Shown here piece by piece: positions 22,738 through 32,985 of a stretch of 35,767 nt of DNA. Position numbers and translations under genes: made by a program. The notes beneath the pieces were generated by a model that was given only the letters and a program-made list of their open reading frames with translations, had not been told where the DNA came from and did no database searches. Numbering within the stretch: the stretch's first letter is position 1; each line of letters opens with the position of its first letter. Location of the stretch: positions 1 to 35,767 of the IMG/VR virus record IMGVR_UViG_3300000563_000001; one strand, given 5' to 3'. The stretch comes from a virus.

Positions 22738-25290
22738 ATGAATTTATTTAACCTTAAAGCCGTTTTAGGAATAGACGATAAGGAGTTTAAAGCAGGTATA
22801 AAAGGGGCAAAAAAAGGCATAGAAGGAATAGGACAGACAAAAGGATTCCAAATTTTAGACGGATTTGTTAAAAAAGGAGCAATTGGGGTAGGTATTTTAA
22901 AAACAGCAGTAACCAAAATGGGTATAGAATATAATTCTAGTCTTCAAAGTTCTACGGTAGCATGGAAAACTCTACTAGGGACACAAGAAAATGCTCAAAA
23001 TATGATGAAAGATATTGAACAATATGCAAGTAAAACACCTTTCACAAAAATGGGAGTTGATGCAATGGCTAAACAACTCCATAATGCAGATTTTGAAGGT
23101 CAAGCACTTTTTGACCAATTGACAAAATTTGGAGATATTGGAGGAGCTTTCGGAATACAAGAAGATTCACTTAAAGAAATGGTAAGACAATATAGCCAAG
23201 TTCAACAAGCGACGGTCGCATATACAGAAGATTTAAATATATTACAAGATAGAGGTGTACCAATTTATAAGGCATTAGCAGAAGTTACAGGTAAAAGCGT
23301 TGCAGAAGTTAAAAAGATGGCTAGTGAAGGTAAAATATCAGCTGATATATATAATCAAGCTATTGATAGCATAGCAAGTAAAACTACTGGAGCTATGGCT
23401 AATCAATCCAAAACATTTGACGGTATGATGTCTACTTTAAAAGATAATCTTGGTATGATAGCTGGTAAAATAATTGAACCATTATTTAACAAATTGAATG
23501 AAGTTATGCCTAAAATAATTGAATTAGTTGACGGTATAAACGAGAAAATGACAGAAGGTCAAAGTTTTATGAGTGCTTTAAAAGAAAGTATACAAGAAAC
23601 TTTCGGAACAGGTGCTTTAGTGGCTTTCATAGCTATAAAGGACGCTATAATTGGCATAGTAGCTGTATGGGGTACTTTGAAGGCAATAATGACAGTAAAT
23701 GAAATAGTTGACAATATAGGTAAATTTAAAACCAATATAGGATTATTATCAGATGGTGTTGGCAAAATGGTGGGTTCTATGGGGTTAGCGGAAAAAGCAA
23801 CAAAATTATTAAGCCTAGCATTTATAGAAACTCCTATTGGCTGGGTTGTATTAGCAATAGGGGCATTAGTAGCTGGTTTTATATATCTATGGAATAACTG
23901 CGAAGGATTTAGAGAATTTTGGATTAATCTGTGGGATACTATTAAAACTAAAGCGATTGACGCTTGGAATGCTATAAGCAGTTTTTTTACTGAAACTATA
24001 CCCGAAGTATTTGGGAAAATAATTGATTTCTTTAAAAATAATTGGAAAGAAATATTATTGTTTTTAGTTAATCCGTTCGCTGGAGCTTTTGCACTTTTAT
24101 ATAATAACTGTGATGGATTTAAGGAGTTTATAGACGGATTTGTGGAAGATATAGGGAACTTTTTTAAAGAAGGCTGGAACGCTATTGTAACGTTTTTTAC
24201 TGAAAGTATACCTAATTTTGTTAATGATGTTTTGCAATGGCTTGGAGAATTACCAGGAAAAATTTGGGAAGGAATAACAACATTTTTCAATGAAGCACCA
24301 AGGAAAATAGGCGAGGCAATAGGAACTATATTAGGATATATATATATATTAGCTACAACGTGGTGGGAAGGATTTGTTACTTTTTGGACTGAAATGATAC
24401 CTAATTTAATTACATCTATAGGGGAATGGTTTTCAGAATTACCTGCCAAAATTGGTGAATGGTTGGCACAAGTTTGGGAAGATTTTAAAACTTGGGTTAC
24501 TAATTTGTGGACAACAGCAAGTGAGGGAATGGCAAATTTAATAAATGGTATTGGTGAATGGTTTTCTCAATTACCTACTAAAATTTCTGCTTGGCTATTA
24601 TATACATGGGATAAATTCAAGAGTTGGTGTTCTGATATGTGGAATACAGCGAACGAAAAAATAAATACTTTAGTTGATGGAGTAGGGGATTGGTTTTCTG
24701 AAATGCCTGGTAAAGTTGCTAAATGGTTACTAGATACTTGGAATAAACTTGTTAAATGGGGAAGTGATATGGTTACTAGTGCCAAAAATTCGGCAAAAGA
24801 TGTTTTCCACGCAATAGTTGATACAATTTCTGATATACCAGGTAAAATGCTAGATATTGGGAAAAATATAGTAAAAGGTATATGGAATGGTATAACAGGA
24901 ATGGCAGGTTGGTTAAAAGAAAAAATAGGTGGATTTGCTAGTGGAGTTGTGAAAGGATTTAAAGGGGCTTTAGGAATACACTCACCTTCTAGGGTAATGA
25001 AAAAAGAGGTAGGTCAATACACAGCTCAAGGGTTTGGAGTAGGTTTTATAGACGAAATGGATAACGTTAATAAAGATATTCAAGAAAGTATGAAAGATAC
25101 TGTAAATAGTGCTAGAGTACCTATCCCTTACTATAAGCAAGATGATTTTAAAGATAGTTTAAAAACTATGTTTAGTATAGATTTTAAAATGGATATAGAC
25201 GGACAGGAATTTGTAAGAAAGACAGTGGCACCACATCAAGGAGAATTGGAAGACTATAATAGAATGACTACAACTGCTTTTTCTTATTAA
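22738..25290 (+). CDS. Tape measure protein (850 aa)
   Basis: Longest tail ORF. It has a central hydrophobic segment and about six tandem W-rich repeats of about 40 aa (GEWFSxLPxKIxxWL...W..). The C-terminus carries GIHSPSRVM. Confidence 0.9.
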   Translation: MNLFNLKAVLGIDDKEFKAGIKGAKKGIEGIGQTKGFQILDGFVKKGAIGVGILKTAVTKMGIEYNSSLQSSTVAWKTLLGTQENAQNMMKDIEQYASKTPFTKMGVDAMAKQLHNADFEGQALFDQLTKFGDIGGAFGIQEDSLKEMVRQYSQVQQATVAYTEDLNILQDRGVPIYKALAEVTGKSVAEVKKMASEGKISADIYNQAIDSIASKTTGAMANQSKTFDGMMSTLKDNLGMIAGKIIEPLFNKLNEVMPKIIELVDGINEKMTEGQSFMSALKESIQETFGTGALVAFIAIKDAIIGIVAVWGTLKAIMTVNEIVDNIGKFKTNIGLLSDGVGKMVGSMGLAEKATKLLSLAFIETPIGWVVLAIGALVAGFIYLWNNCEGFREFWINLWDTIKTKAIDAWNAISSFFTETIPEVFGKIIDFFKNNWKEILLFLVNPFAGAFALLYNNCDGFKEFIDGFVEDIGNFFKEGWNAIVTFFTESIPNFVNDVLQWLGELPGKIWEGITTFFNEAPRKIGEAIGTILGYIYILATTWWEGFVTFWTEMIPNLITSIGEWFSELPAKIGEWLAQVWEDFKTWVTNLWTTASEGMANLINGIGEWFSQLPTKISAWLLYTWDKFKSWCSDMWNTANEKINTLVDGVGDWFSEMPGKVAKWLLDTWNKLVKWGSDMVTSAKNSAKDVFHAIVDTISDIPGKMLDIGKNIVKGIWNGITGMAGWLKEKIGGFASGVVKGFKGALGIHSPSRVMKKEVGQYTAQGFGVGFIDEMDNVNKDIQESMKDTVNSARVPIPYYKQDDFKDSLKTMFSIDFKMDIDGQEFVRKTVAPHQGELEDYNRMTTTAFSY

Positions 25291-25293
25291 TAT

Positions 25294-25318
25294 AGGAGGT
25301 TTTACACCTCCTTTTTTT
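25294..25318 (+). terminator. Rho-independent terminator after the tape measure gene
   Basis: aggaggt/acctcct 7-bp stem, loop TTTAC, then T7. Confidence 0.8.
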
Positions 25319-25329
25319 GATGGTATAAT
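25301..25329 (+). promoter_or_regulatory. Promoter embedded in the terminator: TTTACA (loop)-17-TATAAT with TGG extension
   Basis: The -35 spans the loop plus the first base of the 3' arm. The spacer is exactly 17 bp. TGGTATAATTATA is shared with 20150-20162. Confidence 0.55.
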
Positions 25330-25348
25330 TATATAAGGAGGTGATTTT

Positions 25349-26068
25349 GTGATAAATTCGTTTTGGTTTAATGGCAGAAATTCATTTAGTTTTGGAATAG
25401 GAATAATTGATAAAGTAGATTATCCTGTGATACAAGAAGAAATTGAACTTATACCAGTCGAAGGAAGAAGAAAAGGTAGTTTAACTAGAAAAACTGGTAA
25501 TTATAAAGACATTCAATTTGATTTAAATTTAAAAATATTTGATATAAAAAGATATAAAGATAGACAAAGAGAAGTTAATTTATGGTTAAATAATATAAAA
25601 GATAATAGATTATTCTTTGATGATTATAGAGAAAAATGTTATAAAGTTAAAAATGTTATATGTGATAAAATATCAGACGAAAAACATGCAAATGCAGTAT
25701 TAGAAACAACTTTTAATTGCGAACCTTTCTTATATAAAACAGAAGAATATTGGGAAACTATAACAAATAATTATGATTTATTTTATAAAGGAGATTTAGA
25801 AGGAAGTCCAAACATTAAACTAACATTACCCTCTTCCAATCAAAATATATCTATAATAATAAATGGTGAAGAATTACAATTAAAATCAGTAAATGATTAT
25901 GTATATATAGATAGTGAATTAATTGAGATATTAGATAAAAATAATCAAAGTATAAGTAAGAAAATGATAGGGGATTTTCCTGTATTAAAAAATGGATATA
26001 ATAAAATATCCTGGGCTGGAACTATCAATAAATTTGAAATATTAAGCAATACGATTTTTGTGGGGTGA
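25349..26068 (+). CDS. Distal tail protein (Dit), GTG start
   Basis: 239 aa directly after the tape measure gene. The N-terminus FWFNGRNSFSFGI is typical of the siphovirus tail-component family. AAGGAGGTGA SD. Confidence 0.75.
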   Translation: MINSFWFNGRNSFSFGIGIIDKVDYPVIQEEIELIPVEGRRKGSLTRKTGNYKDIQFDLNLKIFDIKRYKDRQREVNLWLNNIKDNRLFFDDYREKCYKVKNVICDKISDEKHANAVLETTFNCEPFLYKTEEYWETITNNYDLFYKGDLEGSPNIKLTLPSSNQNISIIINGEELQLKSVNDYVYIDSELIEILDKNNQSISKKMIGDFPVLKNGYNKISWAGTINKFEILSNTIFVG

Positions 26069-28457
26069 TGATTTGAGAAGTTTTACTTGTCTATTTAGTG
26101 GTAAAAGTACTAGAGAAGAAGTTTTGACGACTAACGGTGACTATATTATAGATGATTTAATAATAAGCGATAAAATAACAGAAGGATTAAATGATAAATT
26201 TGATTATCAATCCGTCTTAATAGTTGATAAAGAAAAGCCAAAAGAACTTTATAATTTATTTGTAGAAGGTTCTATAATAAGAGTTTCTGACGAATTTGGT
26301 GACGAAGTATTTAGAATATGTAATGTAAGGAAAAATAAAAAAGAAATAGAAATTTATGCTAGGCAAATAACTATATCGGATACTTTAAATTTATGGTTGG
26401 AAGATGTCAGACCTACTAACCAAAGTGGAACTAGTGCAATTCAATATATTTTTAATGGTGCTAAAGGTAAAAATGAAATAATAGCAACAAGTAATATAAC
26501 TAAAATAAATACAGCTTATTATATGTATATGAATGTATATAAAGCCTTATTTGACAATGACAATTCATTCTTAGAACGATGGGGTGGAGAAATATATAGG
26601 AATAAATATAATTTAGCTATTAACAATAGAGTTGGACAGGATAAAGATATAATAATACAAAGTAAAAAAAATTTGATAGGATTTGAAATTAAAACAAATA
26701 TAGATTCTCTTTGCACAGTAATATATCCAGTTGGATTCGATGGTATAAAAGCAGATAGAGTAATATCTCCATTGGTTAATAATTATCCTAGACAGTTCTT
26801 TAAGGAAATTAAGTACGAAGATGTAAAGTTAAAAACAGAAAATGACCCCGAAGGATATGACACTTTAGCACAAGCACAAACGGAATTAAAAAGGCGTGCA
26901 GAATTAGAATTTAGTAAAAATCATATTGATATAATAACAGCAGAATATAATATTAATTTTGTGGAATTGTATAAAACAGAAGAATATAAAAATTATGGCT
27001 TAACAGAATATGCCGGGATAGGTGATACAATTACAGTAAAAGAAGATACTTATAATACAGATATAATAGTTAGAGTTATAGAGAGAGAATATTCTCCGAA
27101 GTTAGATAGAAGATTATCCACTAAATTAAGCAATAAAGATATAAAATTAACTCCTCCTAATGTTTCTCAAATAATTGCAGAACTAGACAAAGCACAAAAA
27201 CAAGGTGCTAATGGGTTAGGTGACTATATAAATGCTTTAATGAATAGCGGTATAAAAGATAGTTATGTAATAGCAAAGCAAAATGAAATATTAATAATGG
27301 ATTCTAAAGATATAAATACTTCTGTAAATGTTGTTAGACTTAATAGGAATGGTCTTGGGTTTAGCCAAACTGGTTACTATGGGCGTTATGAGTATGGTTT
27401 TACTATAGATGGTAAAATAAATGCTAGTTTGATAAGTACAGGAATTTTATCAACTGTATTAATTCAAAACTGGGACGGAAGTCTGCAAATAGATTTAAGC
27501 TCTAAAGAAAGCGGTATAAAATTCAAAAAGAATGGATATAATGGGATAACTATAGAAGGTCAAAGTCAATATTTTTATGACTGGGAAGATGAAAAACGTC
27601 AAGTAACGCCAACCTCTGCTATTTATAGTTCACGTTCAATAACAACATCTAATGCCCCGGGTTTAGTATTAGCACATAATTTAAATAATTATATGACCTT
27701 ATCTTATGTAGAAGAAGAATTTAACGAAAAAAATGGCTTCATAGCAAGGGGATATATTTTATTAGATAAATTAAATAAAAGAAAACAAGATACTAATAAA
27801 TTCGCACCTATTCAAATTTATACTGATTCTATAATTTATAATTCTTTATTTTTCCAAAATACAACAAATGAAATTTTTGGCTCACTTGAAAATAATTTAG
27901 TATTAAAAAGTAATAATAATATAAATTTAGCAGATTCAAGCAAAAAAACTTTTGCTAGTTTTTCCGGAAGTAAATCTACAATTTGGTCAGACACTACTAT
28001 TGTGGGAGATTTTACAGTAAGCGGTAATAAAAATTGTGTCCAAGAGACCGTTAAACATGGCAAAGTAGCTTATTATAGTATAGAAGATTGTGAAAGTTAT
28101 CTTACTGAAAGGTCTAAAAGAAGATGTAAAACCGAAAATAATATCTGTAAAATTTATTTAGATGATATATTTTTAGAAAGCACTATCGGAAGATATACAA
28201 TCGAAATATTTAAATACAGTTGGGGAGATTATAGAATATTAGAACAAGAAAATGATTATTTTATAGTAGAAAGTGAAAAAGATGAATTTGAATTTGATTG
28301 GGTTGTAACTAGACATAGAAATGGGTTTGAAGATGAAAGATTAAAAGTCATAGAACCACCAAAACCATTTTATAAAGCTTTCAAACCATCATTTAATTTT
28401 GAATCAGATGAAAGAATAATAAATACAGCACCTTTAGAACAAGGTGTTATAATCTAG
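26058..28457 (+). CDS. Tail-associated lysin / minor structural protein (Tal), 799 aa, TTG start (26058 or 26073)
   Basis: It overlaps the Dit stop. Size and order (TMP-Dit-Tal) are canonical. Confidence 0.75.
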   Translation: MWGDDLRSFTCLFSGKSTREEVLTTNGDYIIDDLIISDKITEGLNDKFDYQSVLIVDKEKPKELYNLFVEGSIIRVSDEFGDEVFRICNVRKNKKEIEIYARQITISDTLNLWLEDVRPTNQSGTSAIQYIFNGAKGKNEIIATSNITKINTAYYMYMNVYKALFDNDNSFLERWGGEIYRNKYNLAINNRVGQDKDIIIQSKKNLIGFEIKTNIDSLCTVIYPVGFDGIKADRVISPLVNNYPRQFFKEIKYEDVKLKTENDPEGYDTLAQAQTELKRRAELEFSKNHIDIITAEYNINFVELYKTEEYKNYGLTEYAGIGDTITVKEDTYNTDIIVRVIEREYSPKLDRRLSTKLSNKDIKLTPPNVSQIIAELDKAQKQGANGLGDYINALMNSGIKDSYVIAKQNEILIMDSKDINTSVNVVRLNRNGLGFSQTGYYGRYEYGFTIDGKINASLISTGILSTVLIQNWDGSLQIDLSSKESGIKFKKNGYNGITIEGQSQYFYDWEDEKRQVTPTSAIYSSRSITTSNAPGLVLAHNLNNYMTLSYVEEEFNEKNGFIARGYILLDKLNKRKQDTNKFAPIQIYTDSIIYNSLFFQNTTNEIFGSLENNLVLKSNNNINLADSSKKTFASFSGSKSTIWSDTTIVGDFTVSGNKNCVQETVKHGKVAYYSIEDCESYLTERSKRRCKTENNICKIYLDDIFLESTIGRYTIEIFKYSWGDYRILEQENDYFIVESEKDEFEFDWVVTRHRNGFEDERLKVIEPPKPFYKAFKPSFNFESDERIINTAPLEQGVII

Positions 28458-28468
28458 GAGGTTATAAA

Positions 28469-30985
28469 ATGAAATATAAAATTATAAATATAGATACGCA
28501 AATAGCTAATGATATAAAAACAGAGATAATGCAAAACTATACTTTACCAATACAATTTAAATTGTTTAATAATATGATTCCTTTCGACGCGACTGGCTAT
28601 AGTGTTAGGGCTGAAATGTTAAAATCTGATAAAACATTCATAATACAAACTAATAATATAACTATAAGTAAAGATGAAATTTTATTTGTTGCAGATAAAG
28701 ATTTTACTAGAATATCAGGGTTAGGCAGATTACAAATAATACTTTATAAAGGCGATGAAGTTACTGGTACTTGGAATATTAATGTAGATATAAAAAGAGG
28801 AGCAATTAGTGCAGGAGATATTCCTTCTAAAAATATAATAACTTCTTTAGAAGAACTTAGGAATGAAGTTAAAAATGCAGATAATCAAAAAAATATATTA
28901 GTAAATACAATAGAAACAGAAAAGAAGAGTGTTGAAAATTTAATACAAGATGTTAATAAAAATATTGCTGATGCTAATGTAATTCCTACAAAAGAATATT
29001 CTAGCTATTTTAAAGATATAACAACTACAAACTATATAAATGATACTTTAGATTGTAGAAATGGTTATTTTAAAAATGTTGGTATAAAGGGTAATACTTT
29101 GATTAATATTATTAATTTTAAAAATTCAGAAGTAAATGGGGATGGAGCTCCTACAATAACAATAGATACTATAGGTGTAAAGGCAGAAAATACAGTACAA
29201 GGTAGCAACGTTATTTCATATAATACCAATATTTTTAAATGTAATACAGAATATACAGTTTTTTTTAATATAGATACAACAAAAATTCAAGGAAAAAATT
29301 GTAGTTTAGGGTTTAAAATTGGTAATGATTTTGCTGTAAATAAACAAATTATATCCACTACAACAAATTCAATTAATAGAAAAATAAAAATTAAAACACC
29401 TGAAACTGGTTTTGTAGAAGCTTTAACTATAGGCGTTCATACTAACGAAATGATTAAAGGTGATTATATTTATATTAGTAATCTTTTAGTTTTAGAAGGT
29501 GATTGGACAAATAAACAAGAACCCTCTTGTTTTGAAGGAATAAAAAGCATTGGAGAACTTAGCCCAATAAAAATTATAAGTAATAATATTAATATGGCTA
29601 ATATAACTTATAACAATGTGTCCTATAATAATATTCCATTTGTAAATATAAAAGAAAATGGTATTGATATTTTGGGTAATGAAATTAACCAAAGAATTTG
29701 TTTTGACATGTATTTAAAGAAAAATACTAAATATATAATAAAAGGTAAAAGATTAAATAATCTAGGAAATAAAAATTCTGCTGTAATGATGAGAATAAAA
29801 AATACTGATACTATGTATGGGGATTTATTAGACGGTAATGAATTTAGTTTTATATTTAATTCAGCTAATGAAAATAAATTTTTGCTTTGTTTTTATACTA
29901 ATTTAGAAACTATAGAAAATAAAACATTTTCATGGGGAGATATACAAATAATAGAAGAAACAAAAAACCAAGAATTTGTTCCTAGTCAAAGAGATATATT
30001 GGAATTAGATAATATAATATTATCAGGATTGCCAAATGGGATTTGTGATATTTATGATAAAAATAATAAGATAATTAGAAATGTTGATAAAGTTATTTTT
30101 AATGGTTCCGAAAATTGGGTTGATAATAATATAGATAGTATTGATTATTTCCAAATGGAATTAGTTTACCAAAATGGTGGTGCAAGTGAAAAAGGTGATA
30201 ATAGAATAATAAGTGATAAATTTAGTTTTGGTTTGAATCATGGAACTGACGACAAAGAAGGTGTTTCTTGTAATGAAAATAAAATTTATTTAAAAATATT
30301 AAAAAATAAATTATCTACTCCAAATTTGGCAGGATTTAAAAAATGGTTAATGCAAAATAATACAATTGTTTATTTTATTAAATCAACACCAACTTTTGAA
30401 GATATAAAAGAAAACAAATCTCTACAATGTTTTGCAGATGGTATAGTAACTTTTGAAGATACTTTTTATCCAAATTTAGAATTAACTTATCCAATAACTT
30501 TTAATAGTGCTATGTTAACAAATTCTATTGAATTAAATAATTTTAATAATATAATAGAAGATAATATTAATATAATAAATACAAATACAACTAATATAAA
30601 TAAAAATACAACAGATATAAACAAAAATATTTCTTCTATAAATAGTTTAAATACAAATTTAACAAACACTATAAATTCTTTTTCTATAAGCCAAAGTGGA
30701 ACTAATACAACTTTAAAAATGGCTAATAATGCAAAATTAATGTTTTATTCAGATTTTTTCCAAATAGATAGTGGAACGTATCCGTACGGAAGAGATGTAA
30801 AATTCGAGACTGCCTTTCCAAATGGATTAATAGGAATCAATATATGTGGTAGAAGAATTGGAAGTGATATATTTGGTCTTAAAAATTCTGAAATATGGAA
30901 TAAAAACAAGGAAGGCTTTAGTTTCACAGGAACCATGGAATCAGGAAAAGCTTACGCTATAGAAGTATTGGCGATAGGATATTAG
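28469..30985 (+). CDS. Receptor-binding / tail fibre protein (838 aa) with a BppU-like N-terminus and an N/I-rich coiled-coil neck
   Basis: It follows Tal. The N-terminal 110 aa resemble the baseplate upper protein Ig-like module. The heptad-like tract is NINIINTNTTNINKNTTDINKNISSINSLNTNLTNTIN. Confidence 0.65.
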   Translation: MKYKIINIDTQIANDIKTEIMQNYTLPIQFKLFNNMIPFDATGYSVRAEMLKSDKTFIIQTNNITISKDEILFVADKDFTRISGLGRLQIILYKGDEVTGTWNINVDIKRGAISAGDIPSKNIITSLEELRNEVKNADNQKNILVNTIETEKKSVENLIQDVNKNIADANVIPTKEYSSYFKDITTTNYINDTLDCRNGYFKNVGIKGNTLINIINFKNSEVNGDGAPTITIDTIGVKAENTVQGSNVISYNTNIFKCNTEYTVFFNIDTTKIQGKNCSLGFKIGNDFAVNKQIISTTTNSINRKIKIKTPETGFVEALTIGVHTNEMIKGDYIYISNLLVLEGDWTNKQEPSCFEGIKSIGELSPIKIISNNINMANITYNNVSYNNIPFVNIKENGIDILGNEINQRICFDMYLKKNTKYIIKGKRLNNLGNKNSAVMMRIKNTDTMYGDLLDGNEFSFIFNSANENKFLLCFYTNLETIENKTFSWGDIQIIEETKNQEFVPSQRDILELDNIILSGLPNGICDIYDKNNKIIRNVDKVIFNGSENWVDNNIDSIDYFQMELVYQNGGASEKGDNRIISDKFSFGLNHGTDDKEGVSCNENKIYLKILKNKLSTPNLAGFKKWLMQNNTIVYFIKSTPTFEDIKENKSLQCFADGIVTFEDTFYPNLELTYPITFNSAMLTNSIELNNFNNIIEDNINIINTNTTNINKNTTDINKNISSINSLNTNLTNTINSFSISQSGTNTTLKMANNAKLMFYSDFFQIDSGTYPYGRDVKFETAFPNGLIGINICGRRIGSDIFGLKNSEIWNKNKEGFSFTGTMESGKAYAIEVLAIGY

Positions 30986-30996
30986 GAGGTGATAAA

Positions 30997-31293
30997 ATGA
31001 TTTATTTTAGGAAAAATGGTTTTAAAATAATGGGTTTTTATGATGATGAAATAAAGGAACACAATCAAGTTATAGAAAATGATAAAGATAATTATATTCG
31101 AATAGATTTAGAAACTCATAGAAAATTATATAAAGAAGGAATGTATAAATTAAAAAAAGATGTAAATAGTAAAGAACAAATAAATATAAAAGATTTTGAT
31201 AATATATTTGAAAGATATACAGATATTGATTTTTTAGAAGAAAATACAGAAATAATCGTTTCTCCAAGCATGGCATTAATGAAATTGCTTTAA
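30997..31293 (+). CDS. Hypothetical protein (98 aa) between the fibre and lysis genes
   Basis: ORF track; AGGAGGTGA SD. Confidence 0.6.
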   Translation: MIYFRKNGFKIMGFYDDEIKEHNQVIENDKDNYIRIDLETHRKLYKEGMYKLKKDVNSKEQINIKDFDNIFERYTDIDFLEENTEIIVSPSMALMKLL

Positions 31294-31343
31294 ATTTGAT
31301 TTGAATTTGAATAAATGTTATAATTTATTAAAGAGGTGATATT

Positions 31344-32093
31344 GTGAAAATAGGATTAAGAGGTGGACACTCAGCTAATTGTTTGGGTGCTGTTGGTTTA
31401 AGAAATGAATACGAACAAATGCAAAGTTTATATAGATATGTAAAAGATACATTAGAGAAACATGGGCATGAAGTTATAGATTGCAATAGCAATGCTAATA
31501 CAGAAAGTTCTGAACTCAGAGAAGGAACTACAAACGCTAATAGTAATAAAGTAGATTTATATTTATCTCTGCACATGAACAGTTTTAACGGCAATGCACA
31601 CGGTACTGAAGCATGGGTATATAAAGATAGTGGATTAGCTTATAATATTGCTAATAAAATGACAGAAAATTATGAAAAATTAGGTTTTTATAATAGAGGT
31701 GTTAAAGTTAGTACAGGATTGCACGATTTAAAATATTCTTATGCACCAGCAATAATTTTCGAAACATGTTTCTGCGATAGTGAAAAAGATATCGAAATAT
31801 GGTCACCAGATTCTTGGAAAACTTTATCATTTAATATATGCAATGCAATTGATGATAATATAAAAGAAAAAGAAATAATACAAGAAGTTAAAAGTGATAT
31901 AAAAGCAACTACAAAAAATGTAACTACAGGCTTAAATATACGAGAATGTCCTTCGGATTCTTCTAAGATAATAACAAGTATAAAACCCAATGGATTATTT
32001 CATATATTATGGACAGAAATAGGGTGGCATTTTGTTAGTTATTATGACTATCTAGGCTATGTAAGTGCTGACTATGTAAAATTATTAGAATAG
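31344..32093 (+). CDS. Endolysin: N-acetylmuramoyl-L-alanine amidase (Amidase_3 type) with a C-terminal SH3-like wall-binding domain, GTG start
   Basis: GLRGGHS...DLYLSLHMNS...GTEAWVY...ETCFCDS is the MurNAc-LAA zinc amidase pattern. The C-terminal GLNIRECPSDSSKIITSIKPNG...GYVSADYV is SH3-like. Confidence 0.9.
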   Translation: MKIGLRGGHSANCLGAVGLRNEYEQMQSLYRYVKDTLEKHGHEVIDCNSNANTESSELREGTTNANSNKVDLYLSLHMNSFNGNAHGTEAWVYKDSGLAYNIANKMTENYEKLGFYNRGVKVSTGLHDLKYSYAPAIIFETCFCDSEKDIEIWSPDSWKTLSFNICNAIDDNIKEKEIIQEVKSDIKATTKNVTTGLNIRECPSDSSKIITSIKPNGLFHILWTEIGWHFVSYYDYLGYVSADYVKLLE

Positions 32094-32106
32094 GAGGTAA
32101 AATGTA

Positions 32107-32334
32107 ATGCAAGAGCTTTTAAATAGATTTAAACACCCTTCTACAATAATATCATTGGTTGGATTGATGGGCATGTTATTGATTCAATTAGGTGTTAAAG
32201 TAGATATGGAATGGCTAAATAATACGGTTCAAATTATTTGTTCTATTTTAATATTATTGGGGGTTGTAAATGACCCAACTACACAAGGTATTTATCTTTG
32301 TAAGAATTGTAAAGATGAGGATAAAGATAAATAA
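32107..32334 (+). CDS. Holin (phiLC3/SPP1-type, 75 aa, two TM helices)
   Basis: TM helices IISLVGLMGMLLIQLGV and IICSILILLGVV, followed by the NDPTTQG motif characteristic of this holin family. It is adjacent to the endolysin. Confidence 0.7.
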   Translation: MQELLNRFKHPSTIISLVGLMGMLLIQLGVKVDMEWLNNTVQIICSILILLGVVNDPTTQGIYLCKNCKDEDKDK

Positions 32335-32588
32335 TGGATATTTCAGACTATGTTAAAGAAATAGAACAGATTAAACAAGAATTAAGGCTACATGATAAAA
32401 GATTAAGCGACATTGAAGGAGATAGAAAGCTTCAATTATTTCAATATGAATCTATTATGGAATGTATGAGTGAGTTGAAAATAGATGTAAAAGAAATAAA
32501 AGAAAGACCTCTTCGCAAGTGGGATATAATAATAACTGGAATTATAACAGCTTGTATAGGTTATTTTATGGCCACAATATTAAAATAG
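32334..32588 (+). CDS. XhlA-like lysis-associated membrane protein (84 aa)
   Basis: N-terminal coiled coil plus a single C-terminal TM helix (IIITGIITACIGYFMATIL). TAATG overlap with the holin. Confidence 0.5.
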   Translation: MDISDYVKEIEQIKQELRLHDKRLSDIEGDRKLQLFQYESIMECMSELKIDVKEIKERPLRKWDIIITGIITACIGYFMATILK

Positions 32589-32603
32589 AAAGAAGGTTAA
32601 AAG

Positions 32604-32900
32604 ATGGGGGAGAATAAACTACAGGAATGTTTTAATGAAACCTTTAAAGGTTTTTTAAATCTACAAAGGGAAAACAGGAATAAAGACAGAAATGTTATGA
32701 TAATTTGTATATGTTCTATGTTGCTACAGACATTTGTGCTGGTGGGAGGAGTATTATATTTCCTAAATACTTATGAAATAGACATGCAAACTTCTACCAC
32801 AACAACTACACAAACTGTAGAAGGAGATAATACAAAAATAAACAACATTGATGGCAACCAATATAATGATGAAGCTACGCACAACGAAAATGAAAATTAA
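32604..32900 (+). CDS. Membrane protein (98 aa), one TM helix and a T/N-rich tail
   Basis: ORF track. TM helix VMIICICSMLLQTFVLVGGVLYFL. Confidence 0.6.
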   Translation: MGENKLQECFNETFKGFLNLQRENRNKDRNVMIICICSMLLQTFVLVGGVLYFLNTYEIDMQTSTTTTTQTVEGDNTKINNIDGNQYNDEATHNENEN

Positions 32901-32919
32901 TTTATAGGGGTGATATTAA

Positions 32920-32985
32920 ATGGGAAAAGCTACACAAACAAAAACTACTAAAAAGAAAAAAGTAAGAATTAGGAAGAAAAAATAA
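32920..32985 (+). CDS. Possible 21-codon Lys-rich upstream ORF (MGKATQTKTTKKKKVRIRKKK) overlapping the next start (TAATG)
   Basis: ATG 7 nt after AGGGGTGA. The stop overlaps the ATG at 32985 by 1 nt. Confidence 0.3.
   Translation: MGKATQTKTTKKKKVRIRKKK

Noticed and set aside
23559-24449. A 296-aa minus-strand ORF in the six-frame track.
   Set aside because: It lies entirely antisense to the tape measure gene, which has clear TMP features. It has no SD and a low-complexity hydrophobic composition. It is a shadow ORF.
32974-32985. A possible -1 frameshift on AAG_AAA_AAA fusing the Lys-rich mini-ORF to the sigma-r4-like gene.
   Set aside because: The run has only six A residues preceded by G, so it is not a proper X_XXY_YYZ heptamer. 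The -1 frame is open for only four codons before the ATG, and the ATG with TAATG coupling explains the arrangement more simply.
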